A stretch of DNA of 64,000 bases from a virus (Duplodnaviria; Caudoviricetes). The translations under genes and the position numbers were made by a program. Positions 1 to 8,316 of this stretch are shown here, piece by piece; position 1 is the first letter of the stretch, and each line of letters starts with the position of its first letter. The notes under the pieces were generated by a model. That model saw nothing but the letters and a program-made list of their open reading frames with translations, did no database searches and was not told where the DNA came from. The DNA lies in the IMG/VR virus record IMGVR_UViG_3300036660_000031, positions 1-64,000 of that record; one strand, 5' to 3'.

Positions 1-2364
1 AGCAATACCTGTAGAAGCACCCGTTGCTTCAATGATATTTCCAGAAACGACCATAGCTGCCATCGACTCAGTGGCAATTACATTCCGTTCTGCTAACGTA
101 GGAACATAGTTCTTCAGTAACGTGATCTGACGATAAACACCATTGGCGGCATTGGTGTTTATGGTATTTGAGACTATACGGAATGCTGGCCCACCCGGTG
201 ACACTGCACCGCAAGCTTGACTAATAACGGCACCTTTGTCACGCCGAGCGTACATCGTTGAACCGTCATACCAAAACTCTAAAGTCGCTGGACCTGTAGC
301 AGTGTAAATAGCGGTGTCCATCACCGCTTTCATTGTTGTACGAGAAGCTCCTGTACCAATGCTGAAGAAATGGGCTTGTTGGTCACCATCGTGTGTAATC
401 TCAAAACCAGTATTAGCTGCTGCTACATCGCTAAACAGCATTCCATAGTAGCTATCAAAACTAGCCGCTATGCACAAGTAAAAACCTGTCGTTGCACCAC
501 CGCCATCAGCCGCTGTGAACTTATCAAAAATCGTAGCGCCCGGTGGTGGACTGTTAGTACTACCTACGTGTGAAACATCTATCGCTTCAAGGTGGTTGCC
601 ATTGCTAGAGCTATCACGCCACCGGGTGAAGAAACCACCATATGTTGTGAGTGGAGTACCATTATGTTCAAACTTTGACGCAGGCGTAGCAGTGAACCAT
701 GCACCACCCCGTCCGATCATAATTTCGGCAATGCTAGCAGCAACAGGAGGTATTTCACCTACACCAGCAACAACACCAATAGCTACAGCAGAACCAGATG
801 CTCCAATAATCGCAAGCGTATCACCTGAAACTGTGGCTGTAGCAGCTACAGAACCAGAAGAGGTAATTTGGTTGCTTGAAATAGCTGAAGTTGTAGCACT
901 ACCAACTGAAGAACCACTACTAACAAAAGTAGAAGAACTCGTACCCACCAGACTGGCCGTACCACTGGAAGAGCCTGTAGTAGCAACGCTACTAACCGAT
1001 GCACCAGATACAGATGCAACACCGATTGAAGAGCCAGCACCAGAAAGTTTAGTAGCTGATGTACCTAAAGGTAGCGCAAAACCATTAGAACTACCACTAG
1101 CACCAACAACATTGTTGGTAGTAGCACTTGCAGTAGCTAAGGCTGAAGAAGAACCAACACTAGAAACTATGTTGCCACTTACACCAGACAAAGTAGCTTG
1201 AGCTATCGAAGAACCTGCACTCCCAGAAGTAGCAGAACTTGTGCTTGACAGACTAGCTACACCGCTGGAAGAACCAGAAGCAACAACTATGTTTGTTGAT
1301 GACGCTCCTGCAAGAGCAACACCATTTGAAGAACCAACGCCAGTAATAACAACAGATGAAACGCCAACAGTATTAGCAACGCCATTTGATACACCAACAC
1401 TGATAACTTGATTGGCAGATATAGCCGAACTAGTAGCAGAAGCAATTGACGAACCAGAACTGCTAGATGTTGTGGAAGATACACCTACTAAACTGGCTAT
1501 GCCATCAGAAGAACCATTAGCAGCAAGTGCGTTACTTGTTAAAGCTGATGTAGCTGCAATACCGTTTGCAGAACCAACACTAACAACTAAGTTAGTTGCA
1601 ATACCCGAAGTAGTAGCAGCAGCTACTGATGCACCAACACCGCCAAGTTTAATAGCTGATGTGCCAGAAGTGCTTGCAACACCAATTGATGCACCATCAG
1701 CTTCAGTAATAGTACCAACAGAAGGAGCTAAAGCAATAGTAAGGTAAATATGCGCGAGACTAGAACTAGCTGTACCTGTCGTAACAGCTGTGTCACCAGC
1801 CGTTGCTTTAAGACCAGTAACAATTACAAAACCACCACCAAAACCAACTGAAGAGGTCTGATCATGTTGTTCTGTAATGGTAGTTAAATTTGAATTAGTG
1901 TAGCCACTACCTACTGCTGTGCTATTAGCATCAGTATCAAAAGCAGCAGTCAGAAGAATTAAGCAATTTGGGACAGTAGTAACTACAGCAGGAAAATTTA
2001 AAATAGTGTTAGCGGCGGCTGCACCACCAACAGCAACATTAATCGGAGTAGTGGCATGTACACCCGAAAACTGCATCACAATAGCTGTCTGGTGATCACC
2101 AGAATCAGGCATAGCTACTGCGGTATCACTACCAGAAGCAACTTTATATAAAATGGTTAAACGCAAACTACCTGCAACAGCACTCCCACCAGTACGATCA
2201 CTAGGGTTAGAAACTTGAGTCCAACCTGATGGGTTCGTAAAAGCTTCATTTGCGTTCTCTATAAAAAGAACAAGCAAATTTCCCGCTGTATTAACGGGAA
2301 TAGGTACAGAAAGAGCGCCAATACCAGCGGTAAAAGCGCCCTTGCTAACGAATGCTACTGCCAT
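1..2364 (-). CDS. Tail fibre/adhesin-like protein, 3' end outside window (>=788 aa)
   Basis: Not in ORF track because it has no stop in the window. Hand translation from ATG at 2364 (MAVAFVSKGAFTAGIGALSVPIP...) stays open to base 1: N-terminal beta-rich domain, 20-aa Ser/Gly/Ala repeats, then a ConA/LamG-like domain (GGAWF...WRDSSSNGNH). Confidence 0.8.
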   Translation of the reverse strand, partial: MAVAFVSKGAFTAGIGALSVPIPVNTAGNLLVLFIENANEAFTNPSGWTQVSNPSDRTGGSAVAGSLRLTILYKVASGSDTAVAMPDSGDHQTAIVMQFSGVHATTPINVAVGGAAAANTILNFPAVVTTVPNCLILLTAAFDTDANSTAVGSGYTNSNLTTITEQHDQTSSVGFGGGFVIVTGLKATAGDTAVTTGTASSSLAHIYLTIALAPSVGTITEADGASIGVASTSGTSAIKLGGVGASVAAATTSGIATNLVVSVGSANGIAATSALTSNALAANGSSDGIASLVGVSSTTSSSSGSSIASATSSAISANQVISVGVSNGVANTVGVSSVVITGVGSSNGVALAGASSTNIVVASGSSSGVASLSSTSSATSGSAGSSIAQATLSGVSGNIVSSVGSSSALATASATTNNVVGASGSSNGFALPLGTSATKLSGAGSSIGVASVSGASVSSVATTGSSSGTASLVGTSSSTFVSSGSSVGSATTSAISSNQITSSGSVAATATVSGDTLAIIGASGSAVAIGVVAGVGEIPPVAASIAEIMIGRGGAWFTATPASKFEHNGTPLTTYGGFFTRWRDSSSNGNHLEAIDVSHVGSTNSPPPGATIFDKFTAADGGGATTGFYLCIAASFDSYYGMLFSDVAAANTGFEITHDGDQQAHFFSIGTGASRTTMKAVMDTAIYTATGPATLEFWYDGSTMYARRDKGAVISQACGAVSPGGPAFRIVSNTINTNAANGVYRQITLLKNYVPTLAERNVIATESMAAMVVSGNIIEATGASTGIA
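781..1740 (-). repeat. About 15-16 degenerate 60-bp tandem coding repeats (20-aa unit, e.g. ASGSSSGVASLSSTSSATSG)
   Basis: Successive 60-nt lines align (accatttgaa gaaccaacgc / accgctggaa gaaccagaag / gccatcagaa gaaccattag). Confidence 0.85.
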
Positions 2365-2372
2365 TACTAAGT

Positions 2373-2813
2373 TTAATCTTCAGTAATAGTCGTGGTGGAC
2401 TTAACCCGTGGAATAACACCAACTGCCATAGTGATGTTAGGTGTCAAAGTACCTTTGTACAGCAACGTGCCAGCACCAGATGCAGACGTAACCACACCAA
2501 AGTGAGTTAGTGCAGTACCGGGAACAGCCGTACATTCAGGGAAATCAATGTTTGCAGCAGGAGAAACACTGTTTGCAGTGATAACCCAACCAGCACCAGA
2601 GCGTGCAACACCTTGCCGGACATAACCCGTATAAGCGGTTTCACTTGTGACAGCAGTTCCTACTTCACCGGGATCAGCAGTATGCAGCGTAACAAACAAA
2701 CTACCAGCAGCGGTAGAACCGCGTACACCAATAGCATCACCAATGTTTGCAATGCCTGTGTTGTTAAAAATAAGACCCAGAAACGCAGTCTCGAAATCAT
2801 TACTCTTGCTCAT
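2373..2813 (-). CDS. Phage tail-associated hypothetical protein
   Basis: 146 aa, MSKSNDFETAFLGLIF...LHTADPGE family usually found beside tail fibre genes; directly upstream of the 2364 ORF. Confidence 0.65.
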   Translation of the reverse strand: MSKSNDFETAFLGLIFNNTGIANIGDAIGVRGSTAAGSLFVTLHTADPGEVGTAVTSETAYTGYVRQGVARSGAGWVITANSVSPAANIDFPECTAVPGTALTHFGVVTSASGAGTLLYKGTLTPNITMAVGVIPRVKSTTTITED

Positions 2814-2911
2814 AATAAATCCTATAAAGGGGAAGAAAGCTGTATTGTCGCCTATCTTAGAAATTATGCCGTATTTTTTGGTTTGGTTCCCAAATCCTAC
2901 ATGAGATTGCT

Positions 2912-3154
2912 ATGACATATGCGCTTAATACAGATGCTTCTTATAAGAACATCACTAAAAAACAGTTTGACGCTCTTGCTTCAGACTTTTTAAGTACCCA
3001 AAATAAGTATGACAGAGATTCTTGCTACATCACTACGCATGAAATGGCTGAGTCTGTTATGCAAACACTGTCTGAGTTTCTTTTTAAAGAAGAGCAACTC
3101 AAAGCTGAACGTTATGAAATGTATGAACAACTGAAGAAGGAATTTGAATCATGA
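2912..3154 (+). CDS. Hypothetical protein
   Basis: 80-aa ORF heading a co-oriented, tightly packed gene run. Confidence 0.6.
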   Translation: MTYALNTDASYKNITKKQFDALASDFLSTQNKYDRDSCYITTHEMAESVMQTLSEFLFKEEQLKAERYEMYEQLKKEFES

Positions 3155-3318
3155 TTACCTTACAAGAAGCTCGTAAATTAGCTGAGTTAACAGACAAATC
3201 CATACGACTCTGTGATAACGATATTTGGCATGGTGGTCAGAAGCCCATTAGCCAGTCTAACAAGGATGCTATCAAACAGATAGCACTTCGTAAATGCAAT
3301 AAAGAATTCTACAGGTGA
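3151..3318 (+). CDS. Small hypothetical protein (55 aa)
   Basis: Hand-read MITLQEARKLAELTDK...KEFYR; ATGA overlap with previous stop. Confidence 0.55.
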   Translation: MITLQEARKLAELTDKSIRLCDNDIWHGGQKPISQSNKDAIKQIALRKCNKEFYR

Positions 3319-3337
3319 TTACTCAACAAAATTCACA

Positions 3338-3763
3338 ATGACTTCGGCTACAACAGGCTGGCCTCCCGGCCTTCTTCAAGACGATTCCAAGGCTTTAAGC
3401 ACTTGGCTTGCAAACAAACCACATGCTCGCTTAATTGTGAGAGAAAACATTATGAAGAACATCAGTGCAACGCTTGTCACTAATTGGGTCGGAATTGATG
3501 TACGAACCAAAGATGCTAATAAACTGTTAGCTCAGTTGAAGAAATTGAAATCTACCAAAGATTTCACAGGGCCGTATGCCTACCATGAAGATGGCAGTTA
3601 CGCCCAAATCCGTATCCAGACAACTATGACGGAAGATCAAGTTGATCTCTGGCTATACAGCACCAAGCATGGTGCTGATTATATTGGCACATTCGATGCT
3701 AATCCCCCAAACAACAAACAGTCTGAAGCAATGTCTGAAGTGATAGATGACTCATCTGATTAG
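3338..3763 (+). CDS. Hypothetical protein
   Basis: 141-aa ORF; alternative in-frame start at 3452. Confidence 0.6.
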   Translation: MTSATTGWPPGLLQDDSKALSTWLANKPHARLIVRENIMKNISATLVTNWVGIDVRTKDANKLLAQLKKLKSTKDFTGPYAYHEDGSYAQIRIQTTMTEDQVDLWLYSTKHGADYIGTFDANPPNNKQSEAMSEVIDDSSD

Positions 3764-3794
3764 TTTTACCGTATCTGTACAAAGGAATAGCTAA

Positions 3795-4988
3795 ATGCAA
3801 GTACTCAAATTCCCCAATAGTGTGCCTATCAAAGCATGGACAGACCAAATTGAAGACACTGCTTTGGAGCAACTTAAAAACTTGTCTCAAATGCCATTCA
3901 TCGCAAGAAACGGTGTAGCTGTAATGCCTGACGTACACGCTGGAATTGGTTCTACCGTTGGTTCTGTCATTGCTACGCACAAAGCAATCATTCCTGCTGC
4001 TGTAGGTGTTGATATTGGCTGTGGCATGAATGCACTTCGTTTGTCTTTGACTGCTAACGATCTGCCTGAATCTTTAAAAATCTTGCGAGACAAAATTGAA
4101 AAAGCTATTCCTGTAGGCTTTAACAACCACGCAGATATATCCAGCATAAGTAAACATTGGGAAACCAACAAAACTTTGTACCGCCAATGGTGCAACCTTG
4201 CTGAAGTAAATCCTTTAATTAAGGCAAAAAATATAACTGTTGAAAGCCAGCTTGGAACACTAGGTGGTGGAAACCACTTCATTGAACTCTGTTTGGATGA
4301 GGCCAGCAATGTTTGGGTAATGCTGCATTCTGGTTCTCGCGGAACTGGTAATGCTATTGGCAAATACTTTATTGATAAAGCTAAAGAAGAATGTGAAACA
4401 TGGCACATCAAACTGCCTGACAACAATTTAGCTTATCTTCCCCAAGGTACTCCACTATTCGATGCCTACATAAATGCTGTGTCGTGGGCGCAAAACTATG
4501 CACTAGCAAACCGTGCAGTAATGATGGATTTAGTTATAGAGACGCTAAAAAAAGAAATTCCAACACCATTTCATGTAACACATGAAGCAGTGAACTGCCA
4601 TCACAATTACGTAGAGTGTGAACCCCATTTTGGACAAAACCTATGGGTTACCCGTAAAGGTGCTATCCGTGCTCGTGAAGGTGACCTTGGTATTATTCCT
4701 GGCTCTATGGGTCAGCGTAGCTACATTGTCAAAGGCAAAGGCAACAAAGAATCATACTGCTCATGCAGTCATGGTGCTGGAAGAGCTATGAGCCGTACAG
4801 AAGCCAGAAAGAAATTCTCTCTTGCTGATCTGATAAATCAAACTGAAGGTGTTGAATGTCGCAAAGATGCTGATGTTATTGACGAGATTCCGGGTGCATA
4901 CAAATCTATTGATGTAGTCATGGCGAACCAAAGTGATTTGGTTGAAATAGTCCACACACTTAAACAGGTACTGTGTATTAAAGGTTAA
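3795..4988 (+). CDS. rtcB: RNA 3'-phosphate/5'-OH ligase RtcB
   Basis: Motifs MPDVHAG, VGVDIGCGM, GTLGGGNHFIE, HSGSRG, CHHNY, RKGA, IIPGSMG, SCSHGAGR, DEIPGAYK. Confidence 0.97.
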   Translation: MQVLKFPNSVPIKAWTDQIEDTALEQLKNLSQMPFIARNGVAVMPDVHAGIGSTVGSVIATHKAIIPAAVGVDIGCGMNALRLSLTANDLPESLKILRDKIEKAIPVGFNNHADISSISKHWETNKTLYRQWCNLAEVNPLIKAKNITVESQLGTLGGGNHFIELCLDEASNVWVMLHSGSRGTGNAIGKYFIDKAKEECETWHIKLPDNNLAYLPQGTPLFDAYINAVSWAQNYALANRAVMMDLVIETLKKEIPTPFHVTHEAVNCHHNYVECEPHFGQNLWVTRKGAIRAREGDLGIIPGSMGQRSYIVKGKGNKESYCSCSHGAGRAMSRTEARKKFSLADLINQTEGVECRKDADVIDEIPGAYKSIDVVMANQSDLVEIVHTLKQVLCIKG

Positions 4989-5052
4989 GACAGAAATTGG
5001 GGATAATAACTAGCTGGTTCTCCAGTTTATATCCTCAACCTGAAAGACTTTT

Positions 5053-5415
5053 ATGAAAAGCAAACTATTTATCTGTGGACTACTGCTAGCCAGTATCTGT
5101 ATACCAGCTTCTGCTGTCGATGACGTTCGTTGGTGCGGCCCTCCAGCTAGGGATGCCAAGAATGTCATTATCCGTAGTGGCGCTGAAGTACGCAAGTTCG
5201 TCAAAGTATTCCCTTGTCCTGCCAACTTGAAGCACTCACGAACCTGTAAAGGTTGGGACGTTGATCACATCATTCCGCTTGCCAGTGGTGGATGCGACAA
5301 ACCTGTCAACATGCAGTGGCTCCCTAATACAGCCAAAAACTGCACATCCAGTGATTGCAAAGACAGATGGGAACGTACTTATCACGATACACCCCGTAGA
5401 CGTGTATTACCGTAA
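5053..5415 (+). CDS. HNH-family nuclease with predicted signal peptide
   Basis: N-terminus MKSKLFICGLLLASICIPASA; HNH core CP...CKGWDVDHIIPLASGGCDKPVNMQWL. Confidence 0.75.
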   Translation: MKSKLFICGLLLASICIPASAVDDVRWCGPPARDAKNVIIRSGAEVRKFVKVFPCPANLKHSRTCKGWDVDHIIPLASGGCDKPVNMQWLPNTAKNCTSSDCKDRWERTYHDTPRRRVLP

Positions 5416-5506
5416 CCTGATCTTTTTTGTTTGATACTTACCCAAACAATTCAATGCCAGCTTCGTGCTGGCATATTTTTTGTCTATTACTTTCTGGAGA
5501 ATTTTT

Positions 5507-5737
5507 ATGCTCAACGAACCTAAAAAAAGCATTGTTAAAGCTGTCTGCTTTAAATGCTACATGGTGACATTAATGATCATCATGTTTTCAGCAATCTTCT
5601 TTTTGTATCTTAGCCACCAAAAGCAGGCCAAAGAAGAAGTATTTAACAAAATCTGTTTGGCTATGAAAGGACAACCCGTCCAAACCACAACGATGCACTT
5701 GTGCATGAAGCCCAATGCCTTGTTCACCCCCGTCTGA
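5507..5737 (+). CDS. Small membrane protein
   Basis: One hydrophobic segment (VTLMIIMFSAIFFLYL); GGAG SD favours ATG 5507 over track start 5465. Confidence 0.6.
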   Translation: MLNEPKKSIVKAVCFKCYMVTLMIIMFSAIFFLYLSHQKQAKEEVFNKICLAMKGQPVQTTTMHLCMKPNALFTPV

Positions 5738-6065
5738 TAGACGACCAACAATCATCTCTAAAATAGAGGCCCGTTGTTCCATCGAGGACACCGGGTTTGT
5801 TCTTTCTAATTCACCATCCCCTTGCCATTTATGGACTGGCCCTACCTCTGGTACTGGTCGTGGCGGGGGCTATGGTCGAATGTCCCTTGATGGACAAACC
5901 GTAGCAACACATTTAGTTGTTTACACCCATTACTTTGGTTATATCCCCGGCAAAAAACAGATAGATCATCTCTGTAATCAACGCCTTTGCTGTAACCCTG
6001 CTCACCTTGAACTAGTGAGTCACCTAACTAATCAACGCCGCCGTGCTGCACGGTCTAAGGAATAA
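5715..6065 (+). CDS. HNH (His-Cys box type) endonuclease
   Basis: CHLWTG...YGRMSLDG...HLVVY...IDHLCNQRLCCNPAHL. Confidence 0.85.
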   Translation: MPCSPPSDRRPTIISKIEARCSIEDTGFVLSNSPSPCHLWTGPTSGTGRGGGYGRMSLDGQTVATHLVVYTHYFGYIPGKKQIDHLCNQRLCCNPAHLELVSHLTNQRRRAARSKE

Positions 6066-6067
6066 CC

Positions 6068-6391
6068 ATGAGTAAAGCCAATAATCCATATCGTCTCGCA
6101 AGAAATTATCTTGCCAAAGACTACGTAAAGAAAACTGCCTTTGAACGCTTCAGCGTGATAGGTGCCTTCTACACCCTACTTTTAGTGACTGAGTTAAAGA
6201 AGTCTAAAAGACTGGAAATAAAAGGAGCACTTCAACATGTCAAAGACATGGTGTTCCCTTATTTCAGTGAGCGTCTGTGGCTAACCCACACTGTACTGAA
6301 CGGTGCTGATCCAGATGAGCAACAGCTTCAGGACTGGCGCAATGCTTGGCTAGAGCACTTAGCTACCCAATGGGACATAGGAGAAATTTGA
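6068..6391 (+). CDS. Hypothetical protein
   Basis: 107-aa ORF, AAGGA SD upstream. Confidence 0.65.
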   Translation: MSKANNPYRLARNYLAKDYVKKTAFERFSVIGAFYTLLLVTELKKSKRLEIKGALQHVKDMVFPYFSERLWLTHTVLNGADPDEQQLQDWRNAWLEHLATQWDIGEI

Positions 6392-6774
6392 TGAAGCAAC
6401 CTGAAGACAACAAGACTATGGACTTGTTCGGTATTCCCGGAGTTCCTAGCCCTCGTACATGGATGACAGGACTACGTGAAGAAGACCTTGAAGTAATACA
6501 CGCTGCCATGCGTAAGCAAGTAATGACAGGCACAGGCATTTGCGAAGTAATTATTGGCCCCTACGAACAAGGCAACCGTCCTATTTTTCTAGGGGTAGAT
6601 GACACCGTATTTAACAAAATACCGACTTTGGAAGAACGCTTTATTAATGCAATAAAGCATGTCCACGACTCAGACGAGACATTTGCGGAACCAAGAAAGA
6701 AAGCCAAATGGAAGGATGATAAGTCCTCGTTTGGTCGTCTGAACCAATCAATGAAAGCGAAAAGGTTTAAATGA
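6391..6774 (+). CDS. Hypothetical protein
   Basis: GGAG SD and TGATG overlap support start 6391 (track start 6346). Confidence 0.65.
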   Translation: MKQPEDNKTMDLFGIPGVPSPRTWMTGLREEDLEVIHAAMRKQVMTGTGICEVIIGPYEQGNRPIFLGVDDTVFNKIPTLEERFINAIKHVHDSDETFAEPRKKAKWKDDKSSFGRLNQSMKAKRFK

Positions 6775-7037
6775 TTCAAGTCACTGAGCTAATGATAGAT
6801 AGCTTCCAAAAAGTAATGCTGACTTTCTACTTAAACAATGCGAATAGTCACCGTGACGTAGTTAGGAAAGCAATAAAAGCTGCTATTGAAGCACAACCAC
6901 CAAGCACAGATAACCCTGCCTATCTTGAAATGGTGGGTTACTTCTACAACGATGGCGAACAATGGCGTCAAGCTCATGACCCTCAGTTTGCTAAAACAAA
7001 CACCCCACTTTACAAAATTCATATGGAGAAAGATTAA
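6771..7037 (+). CDS. Hypothetical protein
   Basis: 88 aa, ATGA overlap with previous gene. Confidence 0.6.
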   Translation: MIQVTELMIDSFQKVMLTFYLNNANSHRDVVRKAIKAAIEAQPPSTDNPAYLEMVGYFYNDGEQWRQAHDPQFAKTNTPLYKIHMEKD

Positions 7038-7039
7038 AT

Positions 7040-8092
7040 ATGAGCACCCTTGCTTCAGCTATGCGTGTTACCCCACGCAAGCTTACTTATTTAGTAGCCA
7101 AAATTCTTGAAGCTGGTTTAGTACCATTCATCACTGGATCGCCCGGTATTGGCAAATCTGCCATTACGCACAAACTGGCACAAATGGGCAATCTTCAATT
7201 GATTGACCATCGCTTATCTACAAGTGCTCCAGAAGATATGTCAGGCTTGCCTATGTTCAACAATGGCATGGCTGACTTTGCACCCTTTGCAGGGCTGTTC
7301 CCCATTGATGGAATCTCCACATTACCTCCCGGTAAAAGTGGATGGCTTCTATTCTTGGATGAGTTCAACTCTGCCGAGAAGGAAGTACAAAAAGCTGCTT
7401 ACAAGCTGATCTTGGATCGAATGGTTGGTCAACACCACTTACACCCAGACGTTCAAATCATCTGTGCTGGTAACTTAACCACAGATAAAGCATTCGTATC
7501 TGATATGTCTACTGCCATGCAGTCTCGTGTTATCCACGTAGAACTGAAAGTTGATTTCAAAGAGTGGCTGGAGGACGTAGCAATCCCATTCAAGTACTCA
7601 CAGCAAGTCATTGCATTCCTGTCAAGGCATGAGGACTACCTCATGAATTTTGATCCAAACCATGATGACAAAACGTTCTGTTGCCCACGTACATGGGAAT
7701 TTGTGGATCGTTTAGTCAAAGTATCTGGCAATGATAAGAAGATTGACGAAATGCTGACTCCTGCATTTGCAGGAACTATCTCTGCTGGTATAGCCGTAGA
7801 GTTTGTGCAGTTCACTGCTGTCTATGATCAGTTGCCTTCTATGGCAAGCATCCTAGCTGGTACTGCAACTGTACCTTCTGGTCTTGACCTACGTTGGGCA
7901 ACTATCTCAATGATGGCTGCTGGTGTCAACTTAGACAAACGTGACGACCTAAGCAAACTAACCCACTATGCCAATCAGTTTGATCTGGCACTGAAAGTGC
8001 TGTTCTATCGAATGGCATTGGTTCGTTTTCCACAACTACGCCGTGAACCCACATTCGCTGCTACGCTAATTTCACTTCAAGCACATATGTGA
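7040..8092 (+). CDS. MoxR-like AAA+ ATPase (N4 gp24-like)
   Basis: Walker A GSPGIGKS, Walker B LLFLDEFNSA, AGN sensor, PRTWE. Confidence 0.9.
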   Translation: MSTLASAMRVTPRKLTYLVAKILEAGLVPFITGSPGIGKSAITHKLAQMGNLQLIDHRLSTSAPEDMSGLPMFNNGMADFAPFAGLFPIDGISTLPPGKSGWLLFLDEFNSAEKEVQKAAYKLILDRMVGQHHLHPDVQIICAGNLTTDKAFVSDMSTAMQSRVIHVELKVDFKEWLEDVAIPFKYSQQVIAFLSRHEDYLMNFDPNHDDKTFCCPRTWEFVDRLVKVSGNDKKIDEMLTPAFAGTISAGIAVEFVQFTAVYDQLPSMASILAGTATVPSGLDLRWATISMMAAGVNLDKRDDLSKLTHYANQFDLALKVLFYRMALVRFPQLRREPTFAATLISLQAHM

Positions 8093-8316
8093 TGCAACAC
8101 TCAGTCAAAGCGTATGTCATACCTATGACTGATGGTGTCGGCATATTGATGCTTGAGCATTTATGTGGGCATGAAATAGCTTATAGCTACAAAAGCATCA
8201 ACGATGCTTTAAGAGAAGCAGATAAAAGCGAACGTAATAACCAAATCGCTTGCTTTATATGTTCATACAAAAAAGCACTAAAAGAATGGAGATCAAATGA
8301 ATTTAGCCCTACTTGA
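8089..8316 (+). CDS. Small hypothetical protein, possible Zn-binding
   Basis: LCGH...CFIC; overlaps both neighbours by a few bases. Confidence 0.55.
   Translation: MMQHSVKAYVIPMTDGVGILMLEHLCGHEIAYSYKSINDALREADKSERNNQIACFICSYKKALKEWRSNEFSPT

Noticed and set aside
515-1747. Plus-strand ORFs of 228 aa and 111 aa rich in Glu/Pro/Ala
   Set aside because: Antisense shadows of the Ser/Gly/Ala repeat gene on the minus strand.
3887-4426. 179-aa minus-strand ORF
   Set aside because: Antisense to the clearly conserved rtcB.
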